The notes under the pieces: generated by a model | What the model saw: only the letters and a program-made list of their open reading frames with translations | Told to the model about the DNA's origin: nothing | The model's database searches: none | Made by a program: the position numbers and the translations under genes | Source: Kordiimonas sp. | GTDB lineage: Bacteria; Pseudomonadota; Alphaproteobacteria; Sphingomonadales; Kordiimonadaceae | Length of the DNA stretch: 41,711 bases | NCBI GenBank assembly: GCA_050300975.1 | Contig: JBNKYQ010000001.1 | Location: 1 to 41,711 of the forward strand | Direction: 5' to 3' | Part shown: positions 18,112 to 26,817 of the stretch, piece after piece | Layout of the letters: every line of letters starts with the position of its first letter | Numbering within the stretch: the first letter of the stretch is position 1

Positions 18112-19551
18112 ATGAGCGACAGTGCGGCCCCGATCAAGCTTTTTGAAAAGAAAGAGCGCATTTTCCCAAAACGGGTTTGGGGCAAATACCGCAAGATCAA
18201 ATGGGCGGTCATGGTTACGACCCTGGCCATCTATTATCTTGCGCCCTTCCTCCGCTGGGACAGGGGGCCGCACGCGCCGGACCAGGCAATCCTGATCGAC
18301 ATGCCTGCCCGGCGGGCCTATTTCTTCTTTATCGAGATTTGGCCGCAGGAGGTTTACTACCTCACCGGTATTCTGATCCTGGCTGCGGTGGCACTGTTTT
18401 TCGTCACCAGCCTGTTTGGCCGCGTCTGGTGTGGCTATGCCTGCCCGCAAACTGTCTGGACCGACCTGTTCGTCTGGGTGGAGCGGATTGTGCAGGGCGA
18501 CCGTGCCGCCCGCATGAAGCTAAAGAAAGCGCCCTGGGGCTTCGATAAGCTCTGGAAAATGGCGCTCACCCATTCCCTGTGGATACTGATCGGCCTACTC
18601 ACCGGCGGTGCTTGGGTCTTCTATTTCAACGACGCGCCGACGTTGATTGACCATATCATCCACCTTGATGTGCCTACGTCCATCCTGGGCTGGATTATCG
18701 CGTTGACCTTCTCCACATACCTGATGGCGGGCTTCGCGCGTGAACAGGTGTGCATGTATATGTGCCCCTATTCGCGCTTCCAATCGGCCATGTTCGACAA
18801 GGATACGCTGATCATCACTTATGATGAAGATCGCGGCGAGAAGCGCGGCAAGCACAAGAAGGGTGAAAGCTGGGAAGGGCGCGGCCACTGCGTTGACTGT
18901 ACGGCCTGCGTTCAGGTTTGCCCGATGGGCATCGATATCCGCGACGGCCTGCAGATGGAATGTATCGCCTGTGGCCTGTGCGTGGATGCCTGCAACAACA
19001 TCATGGATAAGGTAGAGCTGCCGCGTGGCCTGATCCGTTATGACACCACCCACAACCAAGACCAGCGCCGCGCTGGTGAGATTGAAAAAACGGTACAGAC
19101 GCACCTGCTGCGCCCGCGGACATTCTGGTACATCACCATTCTGTCTGTGGTGGGCGCTGTGATGCTGTTCTCGCTTGTCAACCGCGCGCCTGTGGAACTG
19201 CATGTCCTGCATGATCGGAACCCGCTGTTTGTCGCCCTGTCGGATGGCACTGTGCGCAACGGCTATAACGTCAAGGTTCTGAACAAATCCTATGAGGATA
19301 AATATTTCCGGCTGCACATTGAGGGTCTTGATGGGGCAAGTGTCCGTGCCCAAGGTGCGGGGGACGTACAGATTGACCACCTGCATGTGTTCGCAGACAG
19401 CGTCGGGCACTTCCGGGTTTTTGTAACGGCACCGAAACAAAACAAGGCGCGCGAGAATTTCCGCTTCGTGATTGAAGAGGTTGTGCCTGAGGGTGCAGAG
19501 AGTGGCGAGCAGGCCGTATATGACAGCCACTTCGCCAGCAGGAGCCAGTAG
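18112..19551 (+). CDS. ccoG: cbb3 oxidase accessory 4Fe-4S membrane protein (FixG)
   Basis: GRVWCGYACPQ, CMYMCPY, CVDCTACVQVCP, CIACGLCVDAC. Confidence 0.96.
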   Translation: MSDSAAPIKLFEKKERIFPKRVWGKYRKIKWAVMVTTLAIYYLAPFLRWDRGPHAPDQAILIDMPARRAYFFFIEIWPQEVYYLTGILILAAVALFFVTSLFGRVWCGYACPQTVWTDLFVWVERIVQGDRAARMKLKKAPWGFDKLWKMALTHSLWILIGLLTGGAWVFYFNDAPTLIDHIIHLDVPTSILGWIIALTFSTYLMAGFAREQVCMYMCPYSRFQSAMFDKDTLIITYDEDRGEKRGKHKKGESWEGRGHCVDCTACVQVCPMGIDIRDGLQMECIACGLCVDACNNIMDKVELPRGLIRYDTTHNQDQRRAGEIEKTVQTHLLRPRTFWYITILSVVGAVMLFSLVNRAPVELHVLHDRNPLFVALSDGTVRNGYNVKVLNKSYEDKYFRLHIEGLDGASVRAQGAGDVQIDHLHVFADSVGHFRVFVTAPKQNKARENFRFVIEEVVPEGAESGEQAVYDSHFASRSQ

Positions 19552-19552
19552 A

Positions 19553-20041
19553 ATGACTGTGATGACGGAAGAAATGACGCAGAAAAGTGGCCGCTTCATC
19601 CCTTGGATGATCGTTGGTTTCTTCGTTGTAATCGCCATTCTGGACGGCATCTTCGTCTATCTGGCCACCAGCACCCATACGGGTGTCGTTACCAAGCATG
19701 CCTACGAAGAAGGACTGCGCTACAATGAGACAGTGGCCGCCGCGGAAGAGCAGGATGCTCTTGGTTGGCATACAACGCTTGACCTTGTAGCCGGCTCCAG
19801 CCTTATGGTGACTTTGAAGGACGCCGAATCACGGTTCATCGATGGCGCATCGGTGCATGCCGAAATCAGCCGTCCGACACAGGCTGGAATGGATTTTAGG
19901 CTGAACCTGGAACAGTCGGGCGCTGGCACCTATGACGCGCCGGTGAGTTTCCCTGAGCCAGGTCAGTGGGAAGTACGGATTTTTGTCGAATGGCAACAGA
20001 AGCAGTATCAACAGGCAAAACGAGTAGTTGTTGCGAGGTAA
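19553..20041 (+). CDS. ccoH: FixH/CcoH family protein
   Basis: N-terminal TM (IVGFFVVIAILDGIFVYLA), G.V...YEEGLRYN, RPTQAGMD, PGQWEV; ATG 19553 after GGAG. Confidence 0.9.
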   Translation: MTVMTEEMTQKSGRFIPWMIVGFFVVIAILDGIFVYLATSTHTGVVTKHAYEEGLRYNETVAAAEEQDALGWHTTLDLVAGSSLMVTLKDAESRFIDGASVHAEISRPTQAGMDFRLNLEQSGAGTYDAPVSFPEPGQWEVRIFVEWQQKQYQQAKRVVVAR

Positions 20042-22293
20042 AACTGTGCAAACAGTGCGGAGCCGAAACAGGTGGCAACGCGGAGTTTTGCTGCCCCGGG
20101 TGCGAAGCCGCCCACGCTGCAGCCAGCAAACTGGATAATCAGGCAGCCTATTCTCTCTTGGCCCACGACAACGAAGACGGCAGCTACACGCTGTCGCTTG
20201 GGGTTGAGGGCATTCACTGCGCTTCCTGCATTCGCCTGATCGAAAATGCCCTGACAGCGGAACCTGATGTGACGGGCGCACGGGTCAATATGTCGACCGA
20301 ACGTCTGACTGTCACTTGGGCCGGTGCGCGTGAGCGCGGCGATATGCTGGGCGCCGTTGTCACCAAGCTTGGCTACAAGCTGCATGCTCTCAACGATAAC
20401 GAAGCCGCCAGCCACAGCCAGGAACGTACGCTGTTGCGCGCCATTGCTGTGTCTGGTTTTGCTGCCGCCAACATGATGCTGATCTCCATTGGGCTGTGGT
20501 CCACGGGCTCTGAGACCATGGGGCTTGCCACCAAGGAATTGTTCCACTGGATATCGGCGCTGATCGCGCTACCGACGGTGATCTATGCGGGCCAACCCTT
20601 CTTCCGGTCGGCTTACGCGGTTCTCAAGGAAAAGCACACCAACATGGATGTGCCCATTTCTCTGGCGGTTATCCTGGCCTGCGTCATGAGCGTATCGGAG
20701 ACCCTGCGCCACGGTGACCATGTCTATTTCGACAGCGCTGTGATGCTGCTGTTCTTCCTGCTGATCGGCCGGTATCTGGACGCCCGGGCCAAGGGCAAGG
20801 CGCGCGAATCGGCATCGAAGCTGCTGTCCCGGCTTCTTGGAGTCGCAACGGTGCTGGAAGACGGAAAGGTGACCCAGGTGCCGATCAAGGAACTGCGCCA
20901 AGGTGCGCTAGTTTTGGTGGCTACGGGCGAATCGATTCCGGCGGACGGCATTGTTGAAAGGGGCGCATCTGCGGTTGATATGTCGCTGATTACTGGTGAG
21001 ACCGTGCCTGAAGCGGTTGCCGAAGGCGCGGATGTGTTCGCGGGCACGGTGAACCTGTCGGCGCCGCTGCAGGTTCGGGTTTCCAAAGCCAGTGAAAAAA
21101 GCCTCCTCAGTGAAATCGTCAAATTGATGGAAACATCTGAGCAGGGCCGGGCCAAATATGTTCGCTTGGCCGATAAGGCAGCAAAGCTCTATACGCCGGT
21201 TGTTCACGCCATGGGCGCACTGACGTTCCTTGGCTGGTGGCTTCTGGTGGCCGCGCCGTGGCAGGAATCGCTTCTGCATGCAGTGACCGTGCTGATCATC
21301 ACCTGCCCCTGTGCGTTGGGGCTGGCTGTCCCTGTGGTGCAGGTTCTGGCTAGCGGCAAGCTGATGCGCGCTGGTGTGCTTCTGAAATCGGGCGACGCGC
21401 TCGAAAAGCTCACGGGCATAGATACTGTAGTGTTCGACAAAACTGGCACGCTGACCGTCGGGCACCCGGAACTCAAGCAGCATGATGCGAGCCCGGAAGA
21501 CTTCGCCCTTGCCGCCTCACTGGCCGCGCACAGCAAACACCCGCTCGCCCGCGCGCTTCGCGATGCATTCGACGGCACCGTGCTTCCGCTTGAACCTTCT
21601 GAGGTTCCCGGCCACGGCATGGAAGCAAGCGTTCATGGCAAATCGGTGAAGCTGGGTAGTCGTGCCTGGTGTGGCGGCAAGCCGGACGATGGTGATGCGG
21701 TACTTGAGCTTTGGCTGGCGGTGGACGGCAAACCGAAAGCGCGTTTCCAGTTTGCGGACCAGTTGCGCAGGGACGCCCGTGAGACAGTAGCAACCCTTAA
21801 GGCACGTGGGCTTGAATTACATTTGCTGTCGGGGGACCGCACACAGGTCGCTGAAGAGGTGGGCGCGGCGCTGGGGATCAATCATGTCCGTGCCGAAGTG
21901 AAGCCTGCCGGCAAATGCGAGTATCTCGCGGCGTTGAAGGAACAGGGACGCTCCGTGCTGATGGTGGGGGACGGTCTGAATGATGCGCCGGCCCTGTCGG
22001 CGGCGGCGGTGTCCATGTCGCCCTCAAGTGCCATGGACATTACCCAGAATACGGCTGATGTCGTTTTCCAGGGGGACCAGCTGGCGCCCGTGTTAACCGC
22101 CTACGATCATGCAGTTTTTTCAACCCGGTTGGTCAAGCAGAATTTCGCTCTGGCGGCCATATACAATGTGATTGCCATCCCGGCTGCGGTGCTTGGATAT
22201 GTCACGCCCCTTGTGGCGGCCGTGGCCATGTCCGGGTCGTCGCTGGTGGTGATTTTGAATGCATTCCGACTTAATCTGCGCAAGAATAGCTAG
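19990..22293 (+). CDS. ccoI: Copper-translocating P1B-type ATPase (FixI)
   Basis: N-terminal CxxC..FCCPGC, HMA GIHCASC, TGE, CPCALGLA, DKTGT, GDGLND; start uncertain, overlaps the end of ccoH. Confidence 0.95.
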   Translation: MATEAVSTGKTSSCCEVKLCKQCGAETGGNAEFCCPGCEAAHAAASKLDNQAAYSLLAHDNEDGSYTLSLGVEGIHCASCIRLIENALTAEPDVTGARVNMSTERLTVTWAGARERGDMLGAVVTKLGYKLHALNDNEAASHSQERTLLRAIAVSGFAAANMMLISIGLWSTGSETMGLATKELFHWISALIALPTVIYAGQPFFRSAYAVLKEKHTNMDVPISLAVILACVMSVSETLRHGDHVYFDSAVMLLFFLLIGRYLDARAKGKARESASKLLSRLLGVATVLEDGKVTQVPIKELRQGALVLVATGESIPADGIVERGASAVDMSLITGETVPEAVAEGADVFAGTVNLSAPLQVRVSKASEKSLLSEIVKLMETSEQGRAKYVRLADKAAKLYTPVVHAMGALTFLGWWLLVAAPWQESLLHAVTVLIITCPCALGLAVPVVQVLASGKLMRAGVLLKSGDALEKLTGIDTVVFDKTGTLTVGHPELKQHDASPEDFALAASLAAHSKHPLARALRDAFDGTVLPLEPSEVPGHGMEASVHGKSVKLGSRAWCGGKPDDGDAVLELWLAVDGKPKARFQFADQLRRDARETVATLKARGLELHLLSGDRTQVAEEVGAALGINHVRAEVKPAGKCEYLAALKEQGRSVLMVGDGLNDAPALSAAAVSMSPSSAMDITQNTADVVFQGDQLAPVLTAYDHAVFSTRLVKQNFALAAIYNVIAIPAAVLGYVTPLVAAVAMSGSSLVVILNAFRLNLRKNS

Positions 22294-22458
22294 ATGGACA
22301 TTCTCCTTTATCTGATCCCGATTGCCCTGACGCTTGGCCTTGTTGGCCTCGCCGGTTTCCTGTGGACTTTGCGGCACAATCAGTATGATGACCTTGAGGG
22401 CGCAGCGCACAGGATCCTCCTGGATGATGATGAGGACGAAATGTCGCACCCAAACTAG
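22294..22458 (+). CDS. ccoS: cbb3 oxidase maturation protein (FixS; absent from the ORF track)
   Basis: 54 aa MDILLYLIPIALTLGLVGLAGFLWTLRHNQYDDLEGAAHRILLDDD... Confidence 0.95.
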   Translation: MDILLYLIPIALTLGLVGLAGFLWTLRHNQYDDLEGAAHRILLDDDEDEMSHPN

Positions 22459-22487
22459 GGTTACCCTTTTGATTTAACAGTGGAAAC

Positions 22488-22501
22488 TTGACTTTTATCA
22501 A
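22488..22501. promoter_or_regulatory. FNR/FixK-type box upstream of ompW
   Basis: TTGAC-TTTT-ATCAA. Confidence 0.85.
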
Positions 22502-22560
22502 GGGTTTTACTGCCCCGATTTCCTATCAATTCCTCAATGGAAACACACGAGGAAATTGAC

Positions 22561-23190
22561 ATGCGTATCTCGACTTATGTGAAAGTATTGACCTGTGCTG
22601 CCGCCCTCCAGCTTGGTGCTGGTGCCGCAATGGCAAGCGATGTGGAAAACCCCTGGCAAATCCGGGTGCGTCTGATTGATGTTGCGCCTGATGAAAGCAG
22701 CACTACGTCTATTGGCGGTCAGGCCAATGTGGACAGCAGCCTGGTGCCAGAGCTGGATATCAGCTATTACTGGACCGAAAACTGGTCCACAGAGCTTATC
22801 CTGGCGACTTCGAAGCACAATGTGACCGCAACTGGCACAGCGCTTGGCGACCTTGACCTCGGCCATACTTGGGTGCTGCCGCCAACCCTGCTGATGCAGT
22901 ATCACTTCAATGCGGAAAATTCCGTGCGTCCTTACTTGGGCGCAGGCATCAACTATACCTTCTTCTACAGCAGCGACCCGGGCGATCTTGCCAGCATCAA
23001 TTACGACAATGGCTTTGGCTTTGCGGCCCAAGCGGGTGTCGACATCGATGTAACTGACGACTGGTTCCTGAACCTTGACGTGAAGAAGCTGTGGCTGAAC
23101 ACGGACGTTGCGATCAACGGCGGCGCAGTTACTGCAGACGTTGACCTGGACCCATGGGTGTTCGGTATCGGCTTTGGTACCCGCTTCTAA
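22561..23190 (+). CDS. ompW: OmpW-family outer-membrane beta-barrel protein
   Basis: Signal peptide, PELDISYY, LPPTL.MQYHF, PYLGAGINYT, terminal Phe; RBS GAGGA before ATG 22561. Confidence 0.93.
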   Translation: MRISTYVKVLTCAAALQLGAGAAMASDVENPWQIRVRLIDVAPDESSTTSIGGQANVDSSLVPELDISYYWTENWSTELILATSKHNVTATGTALGDLDLGHTWVLPPTLLMQYHFNAENSVRPYLGAGINYTFFYSSDPGDLASINYDNGFGFAAQAGVDIDVTDDWFLNLDVKKLWLNTDVAINGGAVTADVDLDPWVFGIGFGTRF

Positions 23191-23211
23191 GAAGCCCAGA
23201 CAAATCGAGAC

Positions 23212-23251
23212 AAAAAAATCAGCCGCTCCGGAGACGGGGCGGCTGAGTTTT
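23212..23251. terminator. Bidirectional intrinsic terminator between ompW and hemN
   Basis: A7-TCAGCCGCTCCG-gaga-CGGGGCGGCTGA-GTTTT. Confidence 0.85.
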
Positions 23252-23271
23252 ATGCGCAGGCTAGGAAACGC

Positions 23272-24663
23272 TTAAGCGACCTGCGCGTGTCTCGCGGGGC
23301 TGATGGTCAGGTAGCTGTCGAAGGCGGCACACACCAGGCGTACGGCCTGTTGCGCTTCCCGCGGAATGCGGATCATGCCTCGATCCATGGCAACCAGGCC
23401 CTCAGCCTTCAGCCCCTGCAACCGCTCGATCGCCTCATCAAACTTGCCGATATCAACATTGTTGTCGGCGCAGAATTTGATCAGGTCCAGCTCGAAATAG
23501 CACATCAGGTGTTCGATGATCTGGCGGCGGATACGGTCGTCGTCAGTCAGGGGCTTGCCCTTTGCCGTGGGGATCTTGCCCGCGTCCAGCATGGTGAAAT
23601 AGCTGTGGGTCGCAGGCGTGTTCTGGGCATAACCCTGCGGCAGGGAGCTGATGGCTGACGCGCCGAAGCCAATCAAGGCATCCGCGGCATCGGTAGTATA
23701 GCCCTGGAAATTGCGTTTCAGTTGACCCGCATTGAGGGCCTTGGCCATGGGGTCACGCGGCAGAACGAAATGGTCGAGCCCCACAGCGACATAGCCGCGG
23801 CGCTCAAGGTGCTGCTTGGCTACATCGAACTGCTTCAGCCGGGCCGGACCGTCCGGCAGGGTGCCTTCGTCGATCAGGCGCATGTGCTTCTTCATCCACG
23901 GCACGTGGGCATAGCCAAAGAGTGAGATGCGGTCGGCCCCAAGGGCGGACGCGAAATCGACATTTTCCCGCAGGTGCTCTTCGGTCTGGTGCGGCAGGCC
24001 ATAAAGCAGGTCCATATTGATGCTTTGGATGCCGTATGCCTTAAGGAGGTTCACGGCGTCATAGATGACGTGGAAGGGCTGACGGCGATTGATCGCAACC
24101 TGCACGTCTTCATGGAAATCCTGAACGCCCAGGCTCGCACGGGTAACGCCGGCCAGCGCGTAGGCGGCCACTTTGGCTTCGCTGATCTCCCGCGGGTCCA
24201 GCTCGATGGCGATTTCCGTATCCCTGGCAACCGTGAAGCGCGAGCGGATGGCCGCCATCAGGCGCTCGAAATCCTCCGGTTTCAGCATGGACGGCGACCC
24301 GCCGCCAAAGTGAATGTGTTTGACCGTCTGCCCTCCTGTTAGCCGACCGGCCACCAGATCGATTTCCTTGAAGAGATAGTCGAGATACTGGTCCACGGGC
24401 GAGTAGCGCTTGGTTGCTTTGGTGTTGCAGCCACAATACCAGCACATTTTCCGGCAGAAAGGGATATGGAAATAGAGCGAAAGCTCGCACCCGTCATCCA
24501 GCGTTTCAAGCCAACCTGCGACCGTGCCCCCCGTAACCGCGTCTGAAAAATGCGGTGCTGTGGGGTAGCTGGTGTATCGGGGTACTTGCTGGTTGCGTTT
24601 CAGCAATGATTTTTGCAGGGTCTCGCGATCTTGCATTGCGGGCTTCTCCAGTCTTTTGTCCAT
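23272..24663 (-). CDS. hemN: Oxygen-independent coproporphyrinogen III oxidase (radical SAM)
   Basis: PRYTSYPTAPHF, HIPFCRKMCWYCGC, RNFQGYT motifs. Confidence 0.96.
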   Translation of the reverse strand: MDKRLEKPAMQDRETLQKSLLKRNQQVPRYTSYPTAPHFSDAVTGGTVAGWLETLDDGCELSLYFHIPFCRKMCWYCGCNTKATKRYSPVDQYLDYLFKEIDLVAGRLTGGQTVKHIHFGGGSPSMLKPEDFERLMAAIRSRFTVARDTEIAIELDPREISEAKVAAYALAGVTRASLGVQDFHEDVQVAINRRQPFHVIYDAVNLLKAYGIQSINMDLLYGLPHQTEEHLRENVDFASALGADRISLFGYAHVPWMKKHMRLIDEGTLPDGPARLKQFDVAKQHLERRGYVAVGLDHFVLPRDPMAKALNAGQLKRNFQGYTTDAADALIGFGASAISSLPQGYAQNTPATHSYFTMLDAGKIPTAKGKPLTDDDRIRRQIIEHLMCYFELDLIKFCADNNVDIGKFDEAIERLQGLKAEGLVAMDRGMIRIPREAQQAVRLVCAAFDSYLTISPARHAQVA

Positions 24664-24696
24664 GAAAAGCTATAGCCTTCAGCCCTCTGCAGGCAT

Positions 24697-24710
24697 TTGA
24701 CGAAAATCAA
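24697..24710. promoter_or_regulatory. FNR/FixK-type box shared by divergent hemN and the hypothetical gene
   Basis: TTGAC-GAAA-ATCAA, with candidate -10 elements on both strands (minus TATAGC 24674-24669; plus TATTTT 24734-24739). Confidence 0.85.
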
Positions 24711-24768
24711 CTACACCGCCGATTTTTTGTGATTATTTTGGCCCGGAAGTGACAGTTGGAGGGTCTCA

Positions 24769-25131
24769 GTGGCTAAAAGTGGAAATTCCGGCACCTACGA
24801 TGGACTGCTCGAGCAGTATCTGGAAATCTGCAATAAGGTGATGCAGCAGAACCGGGACAGGTTTCCCTACAGCCAGATCTGGCAGGCGGGGGAGCAGGCG
24901 CTGTCTGGTCGAGCGGTCGAGCTTGCTGTGGTGGATGACGCCCCAAAGGCTCATAAATGCGTGACGCTGGAGGCCTGCAAGATCAACAGTGAACCAACAG
25001 GCAAGGCCGCAGAAGACCCACCGGTGATGCGCCTGAGCGCCAGCTACCTTGAGGATGTTGTCGCCCACCCTGACAAATATATCGAGAACCCGTCGCTGAT
25101 CGACTGGGACTGGCTGACCATAAGAAAATGA
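24769..25131 (+). CDS. Hypothetical soluble protein (120 aa)
   Basis: GTG start after GGAGGG; fills the gap between hemN and the Crp/Fnr gene; C-terminal YLEDVVAHPDKYIENPSLIDWDWL. Confidence 0.75.
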   Translation: MAKSGNSGTYDGLLEQYLEICNKVMQQNRDRFPYSQIWQAGEQALSGRAVELAVVDDAPKAHKCVTLEACKINSEPTGKAAEDPPVMRLSASYLEDVVAHPDKYIENPSLIDWDWLTIRK

Positions 25132-25148
25132 TAGGCTGGCGCGGCTTG

Positions 25149-25895
25149 TTAGCCGTGCAGGTCCTTGCAGGGAAACTCGTTCGAGCAGGCGCTGCATACA
25201 TAGCCTGAAAGCTCTTCCAGATCAGATACTGTAACCATCGATCCCTTAATCGACAGCGTGGTTTCCTTGCGGAGCTTGTTGAGCGCCCGCGAGAAGGTCT
25301 CTGATTTCATGCCCAGACGTGCTGCGATCAATGACTTGTCGTAAGGCAGCGTCAGCTCCAGCGGCATCGCGGCATCGGGGCTGCACAGGCGCAACAGGAA
25401 GCAGCCGATGCGCTGCGACGCGTTCTGCAGGGTCAGGCTTTCAATCTCGCGGGACTGGCGTTTGCGGTGCCGCGACAGGGCGCCAAGCATTGCAAGGGCT
25501 GTCTTGTGGTCATCAGTGATGGCCTGCTTCAAAAGGCTGCTGGGCAGGCGAATAGCCGCTACGGGTTCAACCGCGGCCGCACCAAAGCTATGGATGCTGT
25601 CTTCTAGGATAGCAGAATCGCCGATCAGATTGCCACTTGAGACCATGTCGATCACGGCTTCATCACCGTCCATGGTTTCTGTGAACAGCTTCACCCAGCC
25701 GGAAATGATCAGGTAGAACCATTCGGCCTCATCGTCTTGCAGGAAGAGAATGCTACCCTTGCTCAGGGTCTGCAACTGCGCAGCCTGAATAAAAGTAGTG
25801 CGCAGCTCTGGAGTCATGCCACGGAAAAGGGGCTGACTTTCCAGGTGGGCCGCAATCGGTGCTTCATCCCTGTATGCTGTGGCAGTTTGGGCCAT
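25149..25895 (-). CDS. Crp/Fnr-family transcriptional regulator with C-terminal Cys cluster
   Basis: cNMP-binding-like N-domain (LFLQDD..FYLIISGWVKL), HTH IAARLGMKSETFSR, tail CSACSNEFPC. Confidence 0.92.
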   Translation of the reverse strand: MAQTATAYRDEAPIAAHLESQPLFRGMTPELRTTFIQAAQLQTLSKGSILFLQDDEAEWFYLIISGWVKLFTETMDGDEAVIDMVSSGNLIGDSAILEDSIHSFGAAAVEPVAAIRLPSSLLKQAITDDHKTALAMLGALSRHRKRQSREIESLTLQNASQRIGCFLLRLCSPDAAMPLELTLPYDKSLIAARLGMKSETFSRALNKLRKETTLSIKGSMVTVSDLEELSGYVCSACSNEFPCKDLHG

Positions 25896-26014
25896 AGTAT
25901 CCTCTGTTATCCGTCTCGCATGTTCCAGATGCGGTGGGGGACTATATCGCTAAAATATCGCCTTCCCATCAATGTGACACTTTGGCACGGGATGCCCTCA
26001 TCAAGCAATAGGTG

Positions 26015-26542
26015 CTATTCGTCAGATTGATTCTCGATATGCTCCAGTAATTCTTCCGGCTTTACCATTGTGGTTTCTTCATTGGGGCTGAATTTCAGCA
26101 CAACAGTCGGCAGGATGCTGAGTTCCAGCTCAATGCTGGTGAAATGAAACCGCTTGAACTTGAGCTTGCTGCGGGCCCCGCTGGCGCGAAACAGCGAACT
26201 GAGGATCGTATTGATCAGCTTTTTGTCGCGGGTTTCCTCAAGAAGGGCGGCTTTTTCCTCTTCGCTGATCATTTCCCGAAGGTTCAGGTGCGGCACGATC
26301 TTGGGGTCCAGGCCCAGGCCGACCTCAATCTCCGTCACTTCATAGCCCGCGCGCTCAATATAGGGCAGGGCTTCGTTGAAATTCTGTGCGGTCTTGCCCA
26401 GCGTATCGCCGCTCAGGCTCTTGAGGCCACCCAGTGTGGCGCTGTAGGCTTCGCTCGCACTTGTGCTCCAGCTGTGGCCGGGCTTACGGCCCAGAAGCGC
26501 CTGGCGCATTTCTTCCAGCACTTCCGGCAGGCGTTTGGTCAT
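26015..26542 (-). CDS. Hypothetical protein (175 aa)
   Basis: ATG 26542 preceded by GAGGGG; MTKRLPEVLEEMRQ..; no recognisable family. Confidence 0.65.
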   Translation of the reverse strand: MTKRLPEVLEEMRQALLGRKPGHSWSTSASEAYSATLGGLKSLSGDTLGKTAQNFNEALPYIERAGYEVTEIEVGLGLDPKIVPHLNLREMISEEEKAALLEETRDKKLINTILSSLFRASGARSKLKFKRFHFTSIELELSILPTVVLKFSPNEETTMVKPEELLEHIENQSDE

Positions 26543-26621
26543 GGGTTCCCCCTCTGTATATCGTTTCCCGGAGTATGCTGGCACGGCGCTCGTGAGGCAA
26601 GTGCCGCCCGATACGGTCGTT

Positions 26622-26639
26622 ATTGACAGCGCTGTCTTT
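26622..26639. promoter_or_regulatory. LacI-type operator overlapping a TTGACA -35 element upstream of GH97
   Basis: ATTGACAGCGCTGTCTTT with perfect core palindrome GACAGCGCTGTC (central CG); identical 18-mer at 32678-32695. Confidence 0.75.
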
Positions 26640-26817
26640 GAAGTATAGGACTCTTGCCTGTCAGTCATGGTAATAGTCAGGCTGATGCATAGCTGTGCTT
26701 TCACAAGAAATAATGACCCACGCCCCTGGGCAAAGCACACACATAGTTTTGGGAAGGTACACCGGTTGCCATGGCTAAAGCCGCGGCGATTGCCGGTCAA
26801 CAGTGAGGGGCATTTTC

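Noticed and set aside
19966-20041. Overlap of ccoH 3' end with ccoI 5' end as a possible frameshift or fusion
   Set aside because: Both proteins look complete; the Cys-rich N-terminus is normal for FixI and only the start codon is uncertain.
26543-26800. Extended N-terminus of the 26015-26800 ORF
   Set aside because: Runs through the GH97 promoter/operator; an RBS supports ATG 26542.
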